A stretch of 64,000 bases of DNA from the human T2T-CHM13v2.0 reference genome, Homo sapiens: NCBI RefSeq assembly GCF_009914755.1, contig NC_060937.1. One strand, 5' to 3'. Below the pieces are notes generated by a model, which was not told where the DNA came from, ran no database searches, and was given only the letters and a program-made list of their open reading frames with translations. Position 1 is the stretch's first letter, and the number at the start of each line of letters is the position of its first letter. Both the position numbers and the translations under genes were made by a program. Below are positions 1 to 16,704 of the stretch, piece after piece.

Positions 1-261
1 GTAGAGGTATAAAATAACCTTTTTTGCTGGATACTGTCTAACTATACTAATAATTTCCTAATAAATTTATTCTTAATTCAGATTATAAGGCCAAATTTCA
101 TTAATTCTTCACTGAACCACTTAGTTTCTTTAATGAAGGAAGTTTCTCTCAACCTTTCAGCAGTCACTCTAAAACAGATTTTCTCATTTAGAATTGCTAC
201 ACACCTCAGTCCAGTGTGCCGTACTATAAAGGAAATTAAAGGACAGTAAGAATGGATGAAA

Positions 262-830
262 ATCATTCATTCTGCAGTTACATATTGAGTGCCTCCTGTA
301 TGGCCCCATGGAGGACACACTCATGAGCAACAGACAAGGCCTCTGCTCTTGTGGAGCTTCTGATCTTGTCAGCGAGACAGACATTAATGAAACAGTCATA
401 CAGCTATTAACTGCAACAAGGACCATCAAGGACAGGAAAGAACAGAAAGCTGAGAGATCACAGAGCAAGGCTGCCTGATCCGATGGGGAGGGCGGCTCTG
501 GGAAGGGTTCTCCATGGAAGTAGCATCTTGGCAGAGATCTAAAATATGAGATGAAGAGGAGTGGGCCTGTAGTCTGCGTAAGGGCCCGGAGGCAGGGGAA
601 CCAGGCCTTTCCAAGAACCAAGGAGAGCCCATGTGGCTGAAAGCACCGAAAGCCCTGTGGAGAAAAGGTTGAGAAGAGTCTGGAGAAGTTGGCAGAAGAA
701 GCCCATGCAGGGCTTTGGTGTTTAACAGCAATAATAAGCAACTGAAAAGGATTAACAGTGGGGATGATTAGATCAAGGCTCTCCCACTCTGTCTACTGTG
801 GAAACAGCTCAAAGTGGCAAGAGTGGTTCA
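262..830 (-). mobile_element. Old L2-like LINE fragment
   Basis: (attc)n tail followed by degenerate L2-type 3' sequence; boundaries approximate. Confidence 0.5.
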
Positions 831-3800
831 GGGAACTTAGGAGGCTGCTGCCCCATCTAGGGAGAGAAGGTTTTACCTCGGAATTATGTCATTACTACTG
901 GAAAAGTGTTTTACATGGCACACCCTCTGGAGGATCTGAAAACATCTTCCTGTGTTAGAAACAGTACTTTATTACGTAAAAAGAATCCAGTAAAGTCTGG
1001 TTTCTGGTCAGAGGTTTGGAGTGAACATTTTCAACCAAACACCAGTGGTTCCATTCCAATTTGGTATTTGTTATTGAGCAAGTTTGCAGTCCTGAGAGTA
1101 ACATTGTCCATGCCAGCATTGATTGAGTCCCTTGGTAAGCCCCTTGATAAGTTTTAGTGAAGAGATCAGACATTGAAAAGCAAACTATAAAGCTGAGAAA
1201 TTTCTAAAGAGGGCATTGAAGTAGAGGTTGCATTTCCACATTGCTGCCCTTCTTGAAGACGCACATTTATATCTCACTTTATGGTTTACAGAGCACTTTC
1301 ACACCCCTTAAGTCATTTGCTCTCTCTGGATGGGAAGCAGGGCCATAGCAGTTGCCCGTTCTATAGCTGAAGACACCACAGCTTGACTTATCCAAGGCTC
1401 CATGGTTGAGAAGTGACAGGCAGAGATGCAGCTTGGACACAAAGTCTGTCAACATAGGCAAATAATAACTAGTTTGCATATATTTTTAAAATAAGTGTTT
1501 AATGACTTACATAATGTCTCCCATAAGCAAACAGAATTGAATATACAGTTCAAAAATCACAATAAACTCCAGCATTTCCCTCAATCCCTATATATGCATC
1601 TGTGATGTCCTGTCTCAGATGATTTGTGACTTAGATTTTCACTGAATAACCTGTGCCGTTAGCATATCCCAGAAGTAATATATTTTTAAAAAATGAAGTA
1701 TTACCTAGGTTTCAGATTTTATGGCCACCCAGTAGTACTCATGGCTTGTCTTTCCAGCCCAGTCCTCCCTTCACTATAATCTGCTGTTAAGACAAATGCA
1801 GTCCAGAGAACAGTTATATCAGGTTAGGATTTACATTGAGCACAAATCGAATCCAGCTCATAGTATAGTTTGTATAGTAGTATGTAAAAAACAACTTGTT
1901 ATCTGAAAACTTGTCCTCAATCATCAAATTCTGTTATATTCTCTGTAACAGAACTTCAGACAGGAAAGCACATTAATACATTGCAGACTTTTATGAACAA
2001 GAGTTGAAACCAAATCTATTATTTATTTGTTTGTTTCTTTATAGCTTCCGGGTTAACCCTAAGGATAACCAGAAATTCCAGTTAACTTATCCTATTTCCC
2101 AAACATTCCAACTTTAAAATACGTATTTCTGTTGTGCTTGTGGTTTATTTCTATTAAGTTGTTTTACTTGGTATTAGTTGCTCCCTCCTTTCTTCCTGGT
2201 TCTTCTTTACCTTCCTCAAACAAATGTTTATCTTATTTTTGCTTATTGTTTTTACTCATTTCCTATTCGTGCACCTCTTTCTTTGCTTCTATTTTGTAGT
2301 ACTTATTCCTCTCCCTCTCTTTTCTTATGTTTTTACTAAACCCAAGGACTCAAAAAATAGAGTTCACCTATTTATTCATTTGTTTAGATGTGACAACTCT
2401 GTTAGCATTACTATAAAGGCTTGAGAGTACAAAAGTAGAAAGAAGAAACTAATGTTTTCAAGTACTGTACACACGTAATCTCATTTGATCCTTTACAACA
2501 GTCCTTTGAAATAAGGGTTTTTCCATTTTGCAACTAAGAAAACTGAAGCTGAGAGGCAAAGTCTAAAGGCCATATTCTTTCCATTTGTCCACACTTTCTC
2601 TAGCTTAATTTTGGAAGCAAAACATACACATGGGAAAACACTCAAGAATAATTCCCAGCATATGTCTAAATGTCTAATATGGCTTTAGGAATCTGCATGA
2701 ATAAGGAGGGAAGATGCATAAAACACCCAAGAGGGATGAGAGTGGGATTTACTAGGAACGGAATGATGGAAGGGCAAATTCTGAGTCTGGTGTTTCCAAT
2801 GTTTTTGCAAAAACCAACCAAGCTTTGGCCCCATTGTCAGTATTAGCTCAGTGTTTCAGAATATTTCCAAATGGCTCATGGACACACTGGTAACCAGAGA
2901 ACTCAAGCAGTGACCAGATGTCCTGAGGAAGATGCTTCCAGGCCTACATGTGTAACAATTCTGGAGTCTGTGGTTGATCTGGAAGGCAAATTATATGCCA
3001 CCTAACAAAAGAAGTTGGCAATCCTAGTAAGTCAGGCAAGGCGGGGAGATTTGTTTAAGTCGTCTGGATACTTGGTTACAGTTATTCTCTGTTTTAATTG
3101 GTTAGTAGATCCTGGAAATAGTCTGGCCACTGTGCATGCAGCTCAAACCTCACACTTTCTAATGCCACCAGCCTTGAGGCATGGCTAGGCACCATGCAGA
3201 GTACACAAATCAGGCAGCCTCGGTTCCCATCATAGGTTAACACTCGACAAGGCCGGAAATGGGCTGTGAGAGAAAACTGAGTCCTTACACACAAAAGGTA
3301 AGCCTTGAGGAGGAATGATGGTGTCATTCCACTTAAATATTAAGATCTTATATCTAGAGATGTGGAGATATAATTTTGCTGACTAGAGCTACCATTTGGC
3401 CTCCAACCCAAAACAAAACCCAACAAATGTCTGGCCTCAGAGCACTGCTTAGCTTACCTCTAAGTGATTCTCTCCAACACTCCTGTGTAATCAGGTTCTC
3501 TGTCTTCTGGAATGATTTGATGTTGCCAGTTACTCTGAGCACACCCTTGCCTGGGGACAGGTAGAATGGGGATAAGTGAACTTATAACTTGCAGAATCTA
3601 TGTCAGGATATAAATAGCAATATGAATATACCAATAATTATTACTCATATCTGTTCTATTTCAAAGAAGTGTGCACTTCATGAAAGGATTAGTGCTTACC
3701 CGACTAAACCTAGCAAAGTAAATTCTTGAATAAAGATATCAGTCTGTCAGAGATGGTGACAGTGTACAGACAGGCATATGAAAGCTTCTCAACCCCCAAG

Positions 3801-4101
3801 CCCTACCCAGTCTGGTCCGGTCTTTGCCAGTAGAAAATTCCTAATCATTCTTAACAGGTGATTTAAGTGAGGATTGCTATAGAATTGTTTGTGAAAGACA
3901 ATATATATCTTTGTTGGGTGCTGAATATTTATTTTTCTAGTTTTTCTTCTATTCTTAACATAAAGTTGTAGACCTAAGTATAACAAAGAAAGTTTATGCA
4001 CTGGTGGCTTGTGAACTATAACCAATTCACAGACATGTTGTGTTAAGCTTGCACAATATTAACTGACCCTGCATTTAAAAATTTAAAACTTTCACACATA
4101 C

Positions 4102-4474
<373 letters not shown>

Positions 4475-7400
4475 CTAGCAACACTGGGCCTGCCTTCCTC
4501 AGTGACAATAATGAGCAAGCACTAAGTGTAGACTGCCCTATATGGACTCTCCACCATCCCTGCTGCCCAGTGAGTTCCTAACACTGAATGCAAGAGCCAG
4601 GCACCAGTCATCATGATGTTTGGCCTATTGCTTTTCTTATAACAGAAAAATATTTCTCTGTACCTAAGTCCTCAAAATGAAGAATAAAGCTAGATAGAAG
4701 GGGCTTGAGTTTCCAAAAAGAAAACGGGAAAGAGTATTATTCTTTGCATATGCAAGAAGCGTCTCTGCATATGCAAGCACCTGTTTGCTGAACTCACTTT
4801 CTGAGGGATATGTTGGAGGAAAATTCTCAGCGCATGTTCAAAACAAACCATGTTTCTAAGCAATTTATTTCCAATATTTGGGAAGTATATTTTGGGGCTC
4901 TTTTTTAAAGACAGCCATTATAAGTCAATGATTTGGGCTTCTTGGTGATAGTAATACCAGTTCTCTGTGCAGCATACACTAAATAGGACATAAATCAAGG
5001 CATGTGATTTGCTTGTGTCATAAGAACACTTTACTCATTTGCGGACACTGCTTTAGTAGTGTTTTCTCAGCCTGCACACATCAAAAGGAGAAAAATCTCT
5101 TCATGACTTAAAATCAGCATTTCCAACTAATGATTTTGGTTTCCACCAACCTCTCCATCTCTTGTGGAATTCATTCTGGAGTGACCACTAGTCGAAGGTT
5201 TAAGTGAACATAAATGGAGGTCAGGGAACAAAGTCTGCAGACCTCTCGACTCTGGGTTCTGCAGGCAGTGGCTTTAGTCCCCTTATAGCTAATTAACATA
5301 ATTTATCATCCAGTTCTGCAGAGGTGGCCCCAGAAAAGCTGGAGATGTTTCCATATGATGTATTGTTGATTTTAGTTAATGCATTCATAATTCAACAGAT
5401 ATTTCTGAGCACTACTTGAACATTTGACTCTTTGAACTCAAGTACAATAATTTATATTTAGCCCTACTACATTTCATCTTCTTATATTCAAATCATCATT
5501 CTGTTAGGGTCTTTTTGGACACTAACCTTCTCAGTTATATATTTTCTATCTACATAATCTATGAATGAGAAGCCTACAACCTCTGTTCTTATACAAATTG
5601 AACAAGTTAAGTGTTAAACAAGACAAGACTTTTCTCCAATTAAGTTATAATCTATTAAACATCATCCTTCAGATATAGTCAATCAGTCTTTCCTCTGTAA
5701 GCCATATTCTTTCTCATATTGGCTAAAGAAATGTCTGTTGAAGATAGCTTACAGATTTCTTGAAAAAAGTGAATGTCTCAGGATGTGTAATCTGTATCAT
5801 AGGTGTATTTATCTTTCAAAGCTTTGAGGGATATTTATGACCAAGGTCCAAAAAACTACTTAACAAAGATAATGCCATAGCCATCAATGTGCCAGGCCCA
5901 AGCATTATTAGCAACAAGTGGGTACATACTATTCCCAACTTTTAGGAGATTTCATCATTAGGCTAGGTTATTTAAATTTTATCTCATTAATTTAAACCCA
6001 GGACTTTTGGAGATTAAATGTGATGAAAATAATAGCTACTATAGTACACTGTGGTTCATCTTCTCTCATATCAAAAGTTTCTTAGATTTTTACTGACTGG
6101 TTATGTCATAAGCATAGAATCCACCTGAGAACAGAAGAAAGAACCCAGATATGGCTATGCTACTGTCGATCAGCAGGAGTTCAATTATTCTGGGCTTTTA
6201 AAAGCTATGCATTCCTCAATTGTTTATGATAAATTCTTAACATCTTGGCTTCTTGATATTTTGTTTCCTCATTTTGAGAAAACATACCTCTAAATCCAAT
6301 TTTATAAATCAAGCCATATCAGGAGAGCAGGAAGGGGGCTTGAAGAAAATCCTCGTGACTAAATAAAACAAGGACATTCCCACATGTTCAAAAGAACCTA
6401 AAGCTGCCAAAACACAGATAAGTTTATAAAGACTTCTCAAGGGATTATTTTTAGAATGTGGATACAGAAAAACATTAGAACGGGACGGTGGGACAAGGGG
6501 AATTTTAATAATTTCCATAAAATGGCCCCCCAGAAAGGCTTTTTTCACTCTTTTTGGAACTCTAAATGCAAACTAGGTCCCAGCCTGTGGCCTACAAAAA
6601 GATTCTGAGATAATAAATATCAAGGAAGCCTGAACTAGCCTACCTAAAAAGGAACGTTTAGGAAGAATCCTGAGAACTGGCATTCATCACAGTTGGCCAT
6701 CTCCCAAGAAAAACACTGTTTTGTGCCCTGAGAGCTGAGTGGGAGGAATTCATTGACAATGAAATTCCTTAGCACCAAGCTGGAGTCGAAAAGTTTCCTC
6801 TGCCTTTATTGAACAGAAAAGATTTTACTTGAACTGATTTGATGACCTCCTTGGATTATAACCTCGTTTTGGAAAGCAATAAAAAGCCGTTTTCTTCACA
6901 CAAGACCTTGTAATTTACTCAGCACTTGCTTCATTTCACACTTCTGAAAAGTAAATCCCATAGTAGCAAATGTTTACTTCCTAAACTGCATACTAAACGT
7001 TTCAGTCATATTTGATGTTGTCCAAAAAGTCTTCGCACTGGAAATTCTGCGGCTATATAGACTTAAGACTCTCCCTGTGTGACTATTTTATATGACATTG
7101 TATTTCAGAACAGAAAGTTTGGTTTTAGAAACCTTTAGATGTAAAGTTTTCTTGAGAATAGTAAACACCTGAAGCTGTGTAGTCTCCACATCAGAGGCTT
7201 ACAGGTGTTTGTCTTCCAAACTTTGAAAGAAATTTATGGCCAGGGTCCCAAAAACTACTTAGTAAACATAATATAATATGCATCAATGTGCCAACCCCAC
7301 ATGATAAGCAAGTGATAAGTATGGGAAGAATAGACCCTTGGAGGATAGGGTAGGGCTTGTTGGTGGCAGTCCTTTAATTACATTTGTCGATACTAATTAA

Positions 7401-7706
7401 TAAGTTGATAGTTTCATTTGTTCTTATTTACTGTACCTTATTTTCAAGTACAATACACTAAACCGATGATAACTCAGATACTTTTTGAAAGAGCTTTAAA
7501 ATAAGGGGGTTTTATTGGATTAGAAACTGTTAGGTCCTTAAATATTTTGAAAATTCAGAACCAGATATGTTGATGCATAATTAGGAATGGTCAATTTGAT
7601 TTAAAAAAAAATACATTCTGTCAAGTTTTACTTATCTCTTTCTGCATACCCAAACTTTCCATAAACCAATTCTATGATATGGTGACATCAAAAAATGGTA
7701 GCTGCT

Positions 7707-8026
<320 letters not shown>

Positions 8027-8116
8027 TGGTAGCTGCTGTTGAACATGGCCCAGTTACAAATCTCATTATTTTAGACTAACTATTAGTTGTAGATTACTTT
8101 TAGAAATTGTCTATTG

Positions 8117-8473
<357 letters not shown>

Positions 8474-9106
8474 TTACCTGTCATATCTCACACTTGTTTG
8501 AGGGCATACAATGTTTAGTCCTTTGAAATTAAAAATTATAGCAGTCCTATAAAATATTCTCAATGTGCAAGGCAATCCAACTAAAGAAAATACCATGTAG
8601 ATTGTTCATTATATTCAATGTTAATTGGAAGGTCATAGTTTAGCAGACATGAAACTGAACATATTAAAGACTCTGCCTTAATACAAAGCAATAGTCTAAT
8701 TTGTTTGGGGCTATAATTCTTCAAATAACTAAGCTGGCTTCCTCTCAGTTTTACTGTGTTCACATATTATGCACACTTATACGCTAAAATCTTCAAGCAA
8801 TAAAAGCTTTGATTTTTGGTCTCTAAAACTGACTGACAAAATCTAAACTGATTAATCAGAGAACCTAAAAACGTAAACATTATGTTTTTTCAGTGATATG
8901 TTTCCCATTAGAGCTTGTTTTTAACTGGAACGCTATGCATGTTGAATGGGTACGACATTTGCAACATTTATCAAGTTTGGGTGAGCAATGCTAATACTGC
9001 TGGTGGTTCTGCTCTTGGAAAAGGGCCGTGCTTTCTGTTGCATGCAGACACTGACCCTGTACTTTCTTTCCTTTCCTTTGTTTCCTGTGCCATGCTTGCT
9101 GTGTAG

Positions 9107-9124
9107 CAAATGGAATCTCTTGCA
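9107..9124 (+). CDS. FRY: FRY candidate alternative 18-nt microexon (QMESLA)
   Basis: Pyrimidine tract then ...tgtgtag|CAAATGGAATCTCTTGCA|gtaagt; strong donor, length 3n, no stop, phase 0 matches next exon. Confidence 0.75.
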
Positions 9125-10872
9125 GTAAGTTAACTTTCTTTCATACTCTTTGTCCATTTAGGCATGGACCCATAACAAAGCCTATTTTTACCGTTACTGT
9201 TACATCTCTTAGCATGTTCTCCCTTTCTCATTTTAATTTATTTTATTTGGTAGATTAAGACATGGCAGTTTATTAGTAGCATTCTGGGCTGCTTTCGCCC
9301 CAAAGTAGAAACTTACATTGCTATGAATTATCATATTATCAGTGGAATATTTTGTGTAATAATTACCATGATTTGGCACTTAGGAAAGGCAGAGTTTTCA
9401 TAGCTAGGTTTCACCCAAATTGTGAAGGTAATATTGTTTTTAAACAATACTTTTTTATTTATTTGCAAGTCTCTGGCAGTTATCTTTTATACCAGAGTTT
9501 TAAAGGTTTCTCTAAAGAGAAGCTTAAAAACCACAAAATACAATGTTTTACTAAAACAACCAAACATCCAGTTTGAGTTAATTAGTCAGTGTAGCTGCTT
9601 CTTTAATCTTAGGCCTGTTACCAGTATTGAGAGATCAAAGAATCTAGGCAGAATTGGTTTTCCCCTAAAGAGCAGGGAAGAGCTGGGAAGAGAAAGGAAA
9701 CCATTCAGCATAGTCTTAGCGTGAATTTTAGTAACTTTTAAGATTTAGGATCAAAAGTCTGTTAATAATACCAATAGAATATTCTTCCTAAAACCTAAAT
9801 TCTTGTGATTTCTCTCCTTAAACAGATGGGAGGAAACAGTTTTAAGTCACCTTAGAAGCTCTCGATTCTGAGCTGCATTCTTTGTAGTCCTTGGTAAAAG
9901 AAAGGCCGTATTTATCCTACCCCATTTGAAAACTGAACAGTGAAACATTTAGTTTAAACCACATATTTAATCCACTTTCACTGGTGACTGCTGGCCATGA
10001 AATTCTATTGAGCAAAGGCTGTTCCTTTCCTTTCACAGAATCCCATCCACTCACTACCTGGGAGCAAACTCATTCTTGGAATAAAATAGGCAAAGTGTAG
10101 AGGGTACAGCTCAAAGACTAGTCTTGTCACTGGCATTGGAATTGTTATTTTTCCCTCATACTATACATAAGCTGTGTAATGAACAAATTATAGGGTACAG
10201 AGGCACAAATGTGACCCTGAAACATTTTAAATTCGAGAGGTATTTATGTGGCTCAAGGGCCATCGTGTATGATTACTTTTTGATGTCCTTTCCACAGAAA
10301 TTTTCAAATGTGTTAATAATTTCTTTTTTTCTAAGCATTTTTGGTCCCTTTTTATCTCTCTTTAATTCAACAAGTATTTACTGAGCACAGAGTAGACGGA
10401 TCATCAGTAAGCCTGACTGTTAGGTTTACACAAGCCCAGGCGTCTACAGAATTTATAAGTTTAACACCTAGAACTACTTAATGTTTTGCCTTTCAAATAT
10501 ACTTTTAATAAAAGGAAATTTTTCTTTTTAAAAATAATTTATAGCTTATAAAAATGAAGACAACCACTCAGCTATAATTGGTAGGTATTTAACTGGCAAA
10601 TATAATGGAAATTTGGTTGTTCACTCAGTCCCTTTATAGGTGCTACTCTCTAATTAGTCATCCATTACACAAACTATAATGGAAATTATACCGTGGATTT
10701 CTCACTGGTATTTATTTAATGACTGTATTTCATTTTTCTGTTTTATTTGGAATAACAGCTGGTTATGTTTTCTTAATTTAAAAAAAAAGTTTGTCTCCAT
10801 TGAGATTTCACTAGTTATATGTGAATGATCTTTAACAATAACTGTTTCTTCCCATGCAATTTCTCTCTTTAG

Positions 10873-11061
<189 letters not shown>

Positions 11062-11529
11062 TAACTGCCCAAGTGATTTTATTCCCGCATAATTATTTTG
11101 CTCAAACACAATTCTGAAATAAACATGTCTTGTATGTATTTCTATTCTCATTTTTAAAAGCAAAGTCAGGAGTAGGTATGGAAAGTGAGGTGCCTCAAAA
11201 TTTAAGAACGCGTGTAGGAAGGAACCTTCTGTGGGTTACGGCCTAGGTGCCTTGCTTGCATCTCCCTGATCCTGGCCCTGGGTCTGGGCATCCTTATTTG
11301 AAAACTTTCCATGTGTGTGGGTTTTCTTCTTTACATTAGTTTTTCATACTTGCCTTTGCCTTGAGGTAAGAAGGAAATGTCTGTATGATGTGTTTGGTTC
11401 TCTTCAGTTTCCCTGCCCTGCTTAGCACCAGGATATTTTAATATTTTAAAATATTTAAAATAAAATAACTTAAACATATTACTGCTGAGTGAGCCAAAAT
11501 TTTTCTACAAATGAAGAAATACTACTGTA

Positions 11530-12420
11530 ATGTAGTCAGTGGAATAATGGTGCTGTATAGTGGATACTATAGAAGCAAAGAGGACTAACGCCTCATTTGC
11601 CTAGGGGTAAGAAAGGTTGAAACTGAAGAGCTTGCTGGAGGAAACCACACCTGAATGGACTCTCAGAGGGTGAGTTGGAGTGAGGGAGGAGCATTCCAAT
11701 AAGAACAAAGAGCATGGCCATAAGCCTGATGGGAAGAAAGAGAAAGGAACTACAAGCTACTTAGTATTGCTAGAATAGAAGGTGCACCAAAAAAGAGCTA
11801 TGAGATAAGGCAGAAGAGAGAGGGGTAAAGGCGAGATCATAAGACATGCCGCACCTAGGAGTATTTCAGGTAGATCTCTCTGGCAGCTATGCGGAGGGTG
11901 GGTCTGATGACAGCTAGAACAGAGACATGGAGACCAGTGATGAGGCTGCTGAAATAGTTCAAACAGAAGGAGAGAGTTTGAACTGGGACAGAAGCGCTAG
12001 GTATGGAGAGGAGGAAGGAAATGTGAGACACGGGACAAAAAAATCAATGAAACTAATGGGGGGATGAAGGAGAAAGAAGAGTTGAGGAGAGGATGAGACT
12101 CAGGTTCCATCTTATAGAAACCAGGTGACCAGTAGCACCAAAGCTGAAACAGGGATATAAAAAGAAGGACTGAGGCGATGCTGTGTCCAGACAGTCAAGC
12201 CTTCTGCCGGCTAGTCAATGGCTGCATACTGGACCAAGACCTGGCTTAAACGGCGACTGACCTCTTGCAGGTGGTTAGATGTGAGGTCAGGGGAGAGATC
12301 TGAACAAAAGGACAGATGTGATTGTGAACAAGCAGAAGTCGATTAAACCATGCCAGTGACAGCAGAGAAGTGAGGATGAAGCCTGGGAAACCTCACCGTC
12401 TAAGAGCAGAAGAGGAAGAG
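11530..12420 (-). mobile_element. Degenerate L2-like region
   Basis: Purine-rich sequence typical of antisense L2; boundaries approximate. Confidence 0.45.
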
Positions 12421-12627
12421 CCACAAGAGACAAACTACAACCATTTTACCATTTTTTTATTACTCAGTTTGAAAAAAGGAAAAAACTATACGACTTTATA
12501 CTTTCAAATGCTTATTTCAAGAAAGTAGGCCTTCACAACCAGTTTTCCTCTATTCAATTATAAGTTGTCAGATAATAGGAATCAACTCTTTTCTTTTTTA
12601 TTTGCCACATGGTCAAGATAAACTTTA

Positions 12628-12937
<310 letters not shown>

Positions 12938-13196
12938 GATTCACCATTCTTGATGCCATTAAGAACATTCATGATTCGTGAAAGGAAGTCAAAATATCAA
13001 CATTAGCAGGAGTTTAGAAGAAGGTGATTCCAATGGACGACTTTGAGAGGCTCAAGACTTAAGTAGGGGAAGTAACTGCAGATGTGGTAAAAATAGCAAG
13101 AGAACTAGAATTAGAAGTAGAACCTGAAGATGTGACTGAATTGCTGCAGTCTTATGATAAAACCTGAATGGATGAGGAGTTGCTTCTTATGCATGA

Positions 13197-13541
<345 letters not shown>

Positions 13542-13751
13542 TGAAATTTACTCCTGGTGAAGATGCTGAGAACATTGTCAAAATGACAACAAAAGTTTTA
13601 CAATATTACATAAACTTAGTTTATAGAGCAGTGACAGAGTTTAAGGTGATTGACTGCAGTTTTGAAAGAAGTTCCAAGGTGTATAAAATGCTGTCACATG
13701 CTACAGAGAAATATTTCATGAAAGGAAGAGTCAATCAATAAAGCAAACTTT

Positions 13752-14090
<339 letters not shown>

Positions 14091-15611
14091 TTATTTAAAG
14101 AAATTGCCCCAATCACCCCAACCTTCAGCCACCACCATCCTGATCAGTCAGCAGCCATTAACATTAAGGCAAGATCCTCTACCAGCAAAAAGATAATTAC
14201 TCACTGAAGGCACAGATGATTGTTAGCATTTTTTAGCACTGAAGTGTTTGTTAATTAAGGTATGTATATTTTTAGACTTAGTGTATTTAGACTACAATAT
14301 TGTGTAAACATAATTTTTATAGGCATGGGGAAATCAAAAAATTGACATGACTCACTTTATTGCAGATGTCTAGAACTGAATATTTCCAAGGTATACCTGG
14401 TGTGTGTATTCATATGGGTAGGTACACACACAGTGTTTAAATACTACATAAGTTTTAAATAATGTATATATACACACATAATGTTTAAAACTTATCTAGG
14501 TTTAAAATAAGGAGAAATTTGCTTTCAAATTTAAAACTACAAACAAAATTAAGATACTCTAATATCTTGTTTTAAAAGATTATTTCACTAAATTTTAAAC
14601 CTACTTCTGTAGTAGGTAGTTGCATTTAACAGGCATGTGTGCCAAGAAAAAATAATCCTTCAAGGCTTCAGTTTTTTATTGTTTGTACCGTGAGTGAGTT
14701 GGGAATGAAGAGGAAAAGCAAAGCTGTTGAATAAATAACTTTCCAAAGTAAACAGGCATCATCAACTTGCATTACAAAGAGGAAAAAAAACCTTTAATTT
14801 TATGCCAATTTTTTTAATGCTCTTGAGATCAAATTGCAAAACAACCATCTTCCGTAGTATATTTTGAGACACTTAGAAGTGACACAGGTTTTCTTAATCT
14901 TTACTTTTTAACACTCTGGATCCTTTGGTTCCAGTAACTTCGAGGGAAAATATCTTTTACTGCTGTAGCATTAATACAAACATTAGTTTAAGATTATTCT
15001 ATCTCCTCAAAATTGTGTCTTCAGCTTTTTCCCATGGTGTGGAACCAAGAGTGAGAAAAACTTATTATTAGGACAGAGTCCATGGTCACAATTACATTAA
15101 TTGAGCACTTAGGTGCTGGACTGTACTAAGCATTTTGTATATATTATTTCCACTTAATCTTTAAAATAAACCTTTAGGATGGCTATTATCTTCAGTCTCA
15201 CAGATGAGAAAACCGAGGCACATAAAAGTCAGTTAACTTGTCCATCTTCCTACAGTACACTGCAGAGCCGGCATTTGAACCCAGATCTACTCACTCTTGA
15301 GCCTGATCTCTTGTACTCTTTCCTTCTGTATTTATTCCCTATTTAAGTCTAACTTAAATAGAACACATTTTAAATGAAGTCTTAACCTTTTCTATAAGGA
15401 GAGCATCTCAGCAGTTGACACATACTCAATGCATCCAACTCCACAATCCCCTACACATACCATGGAGTACAATGTCATCTATCCTATCTGAATTTACCAA
15501 GGTATTAAGCTTATGCTTAACCACACCCATAAGATCCTTTTTTTTTCCTTTTGGGATGTAAAATTCCCCCAGCACCTAAATATAGTTTAAAAAACATTTT
15601 TTTTTAAATAG

Positions 15612-15815
<204 letters not shown>

Positions 15816-16404
15816 TGACTCTGCTATTTCTTTTAGAGGTGGTTGCAGGAAATGCACACCTGGTTGTTACTCTGTCATGGTTGGAGTCTAGCCCACTACG
15901 GAAGGCTAGATATTTTACAGATCTCTTCTCAGATCTTTACTGCTGCCAAACCAGAAACACTCAGCTTTCAGAACACTACATATTGAAAGTGTTGGTGTTG
16001 GTTCTGGCCATTTGTCGTCCCTAAAATGACAAAATGCTGAAGCACTTCAAAATATACCTTTATATAATTTTTAACTAACATTTGAATATATTCTTTTTGG
16101 TTTTGCCCCTACATTCTGATATTGTATTCACATTCATTGAAACCAGAAGGCTATAGCAAATAAGGTAAATGTTTTAGGAGTGTCAGATTCCATTCTGATA
16201 TTTTTATACTTTTGATATTTTACCAAAATAATATTCTAAAATTGATTATGGTGATGTTTGCACAACTCTGAAGATACTAAAACCCACTGAATTGTTTACC
16301 TTAGATGAGTGAATTACCTGATACAGGAATTCCATCTCAATAAAGCCTTTTTAAAAAGTAATACTCTTATATTAATGAAGACTCATAAGCTCCCAACTTT
16401 GTGA

Positions 16405-16704
<300 letters not shown>

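Noticed and set aside
184-741. 185-aa minus-strand ORF
   Set aside because: Lies in an L2-like remnant; no recognisable protein or splice support
9825-9892. Possible FRY poison exon (acceptor-like ccttaaacag, early TAG)
   Set aside because: Weak donor (gtaaaa) and no other support
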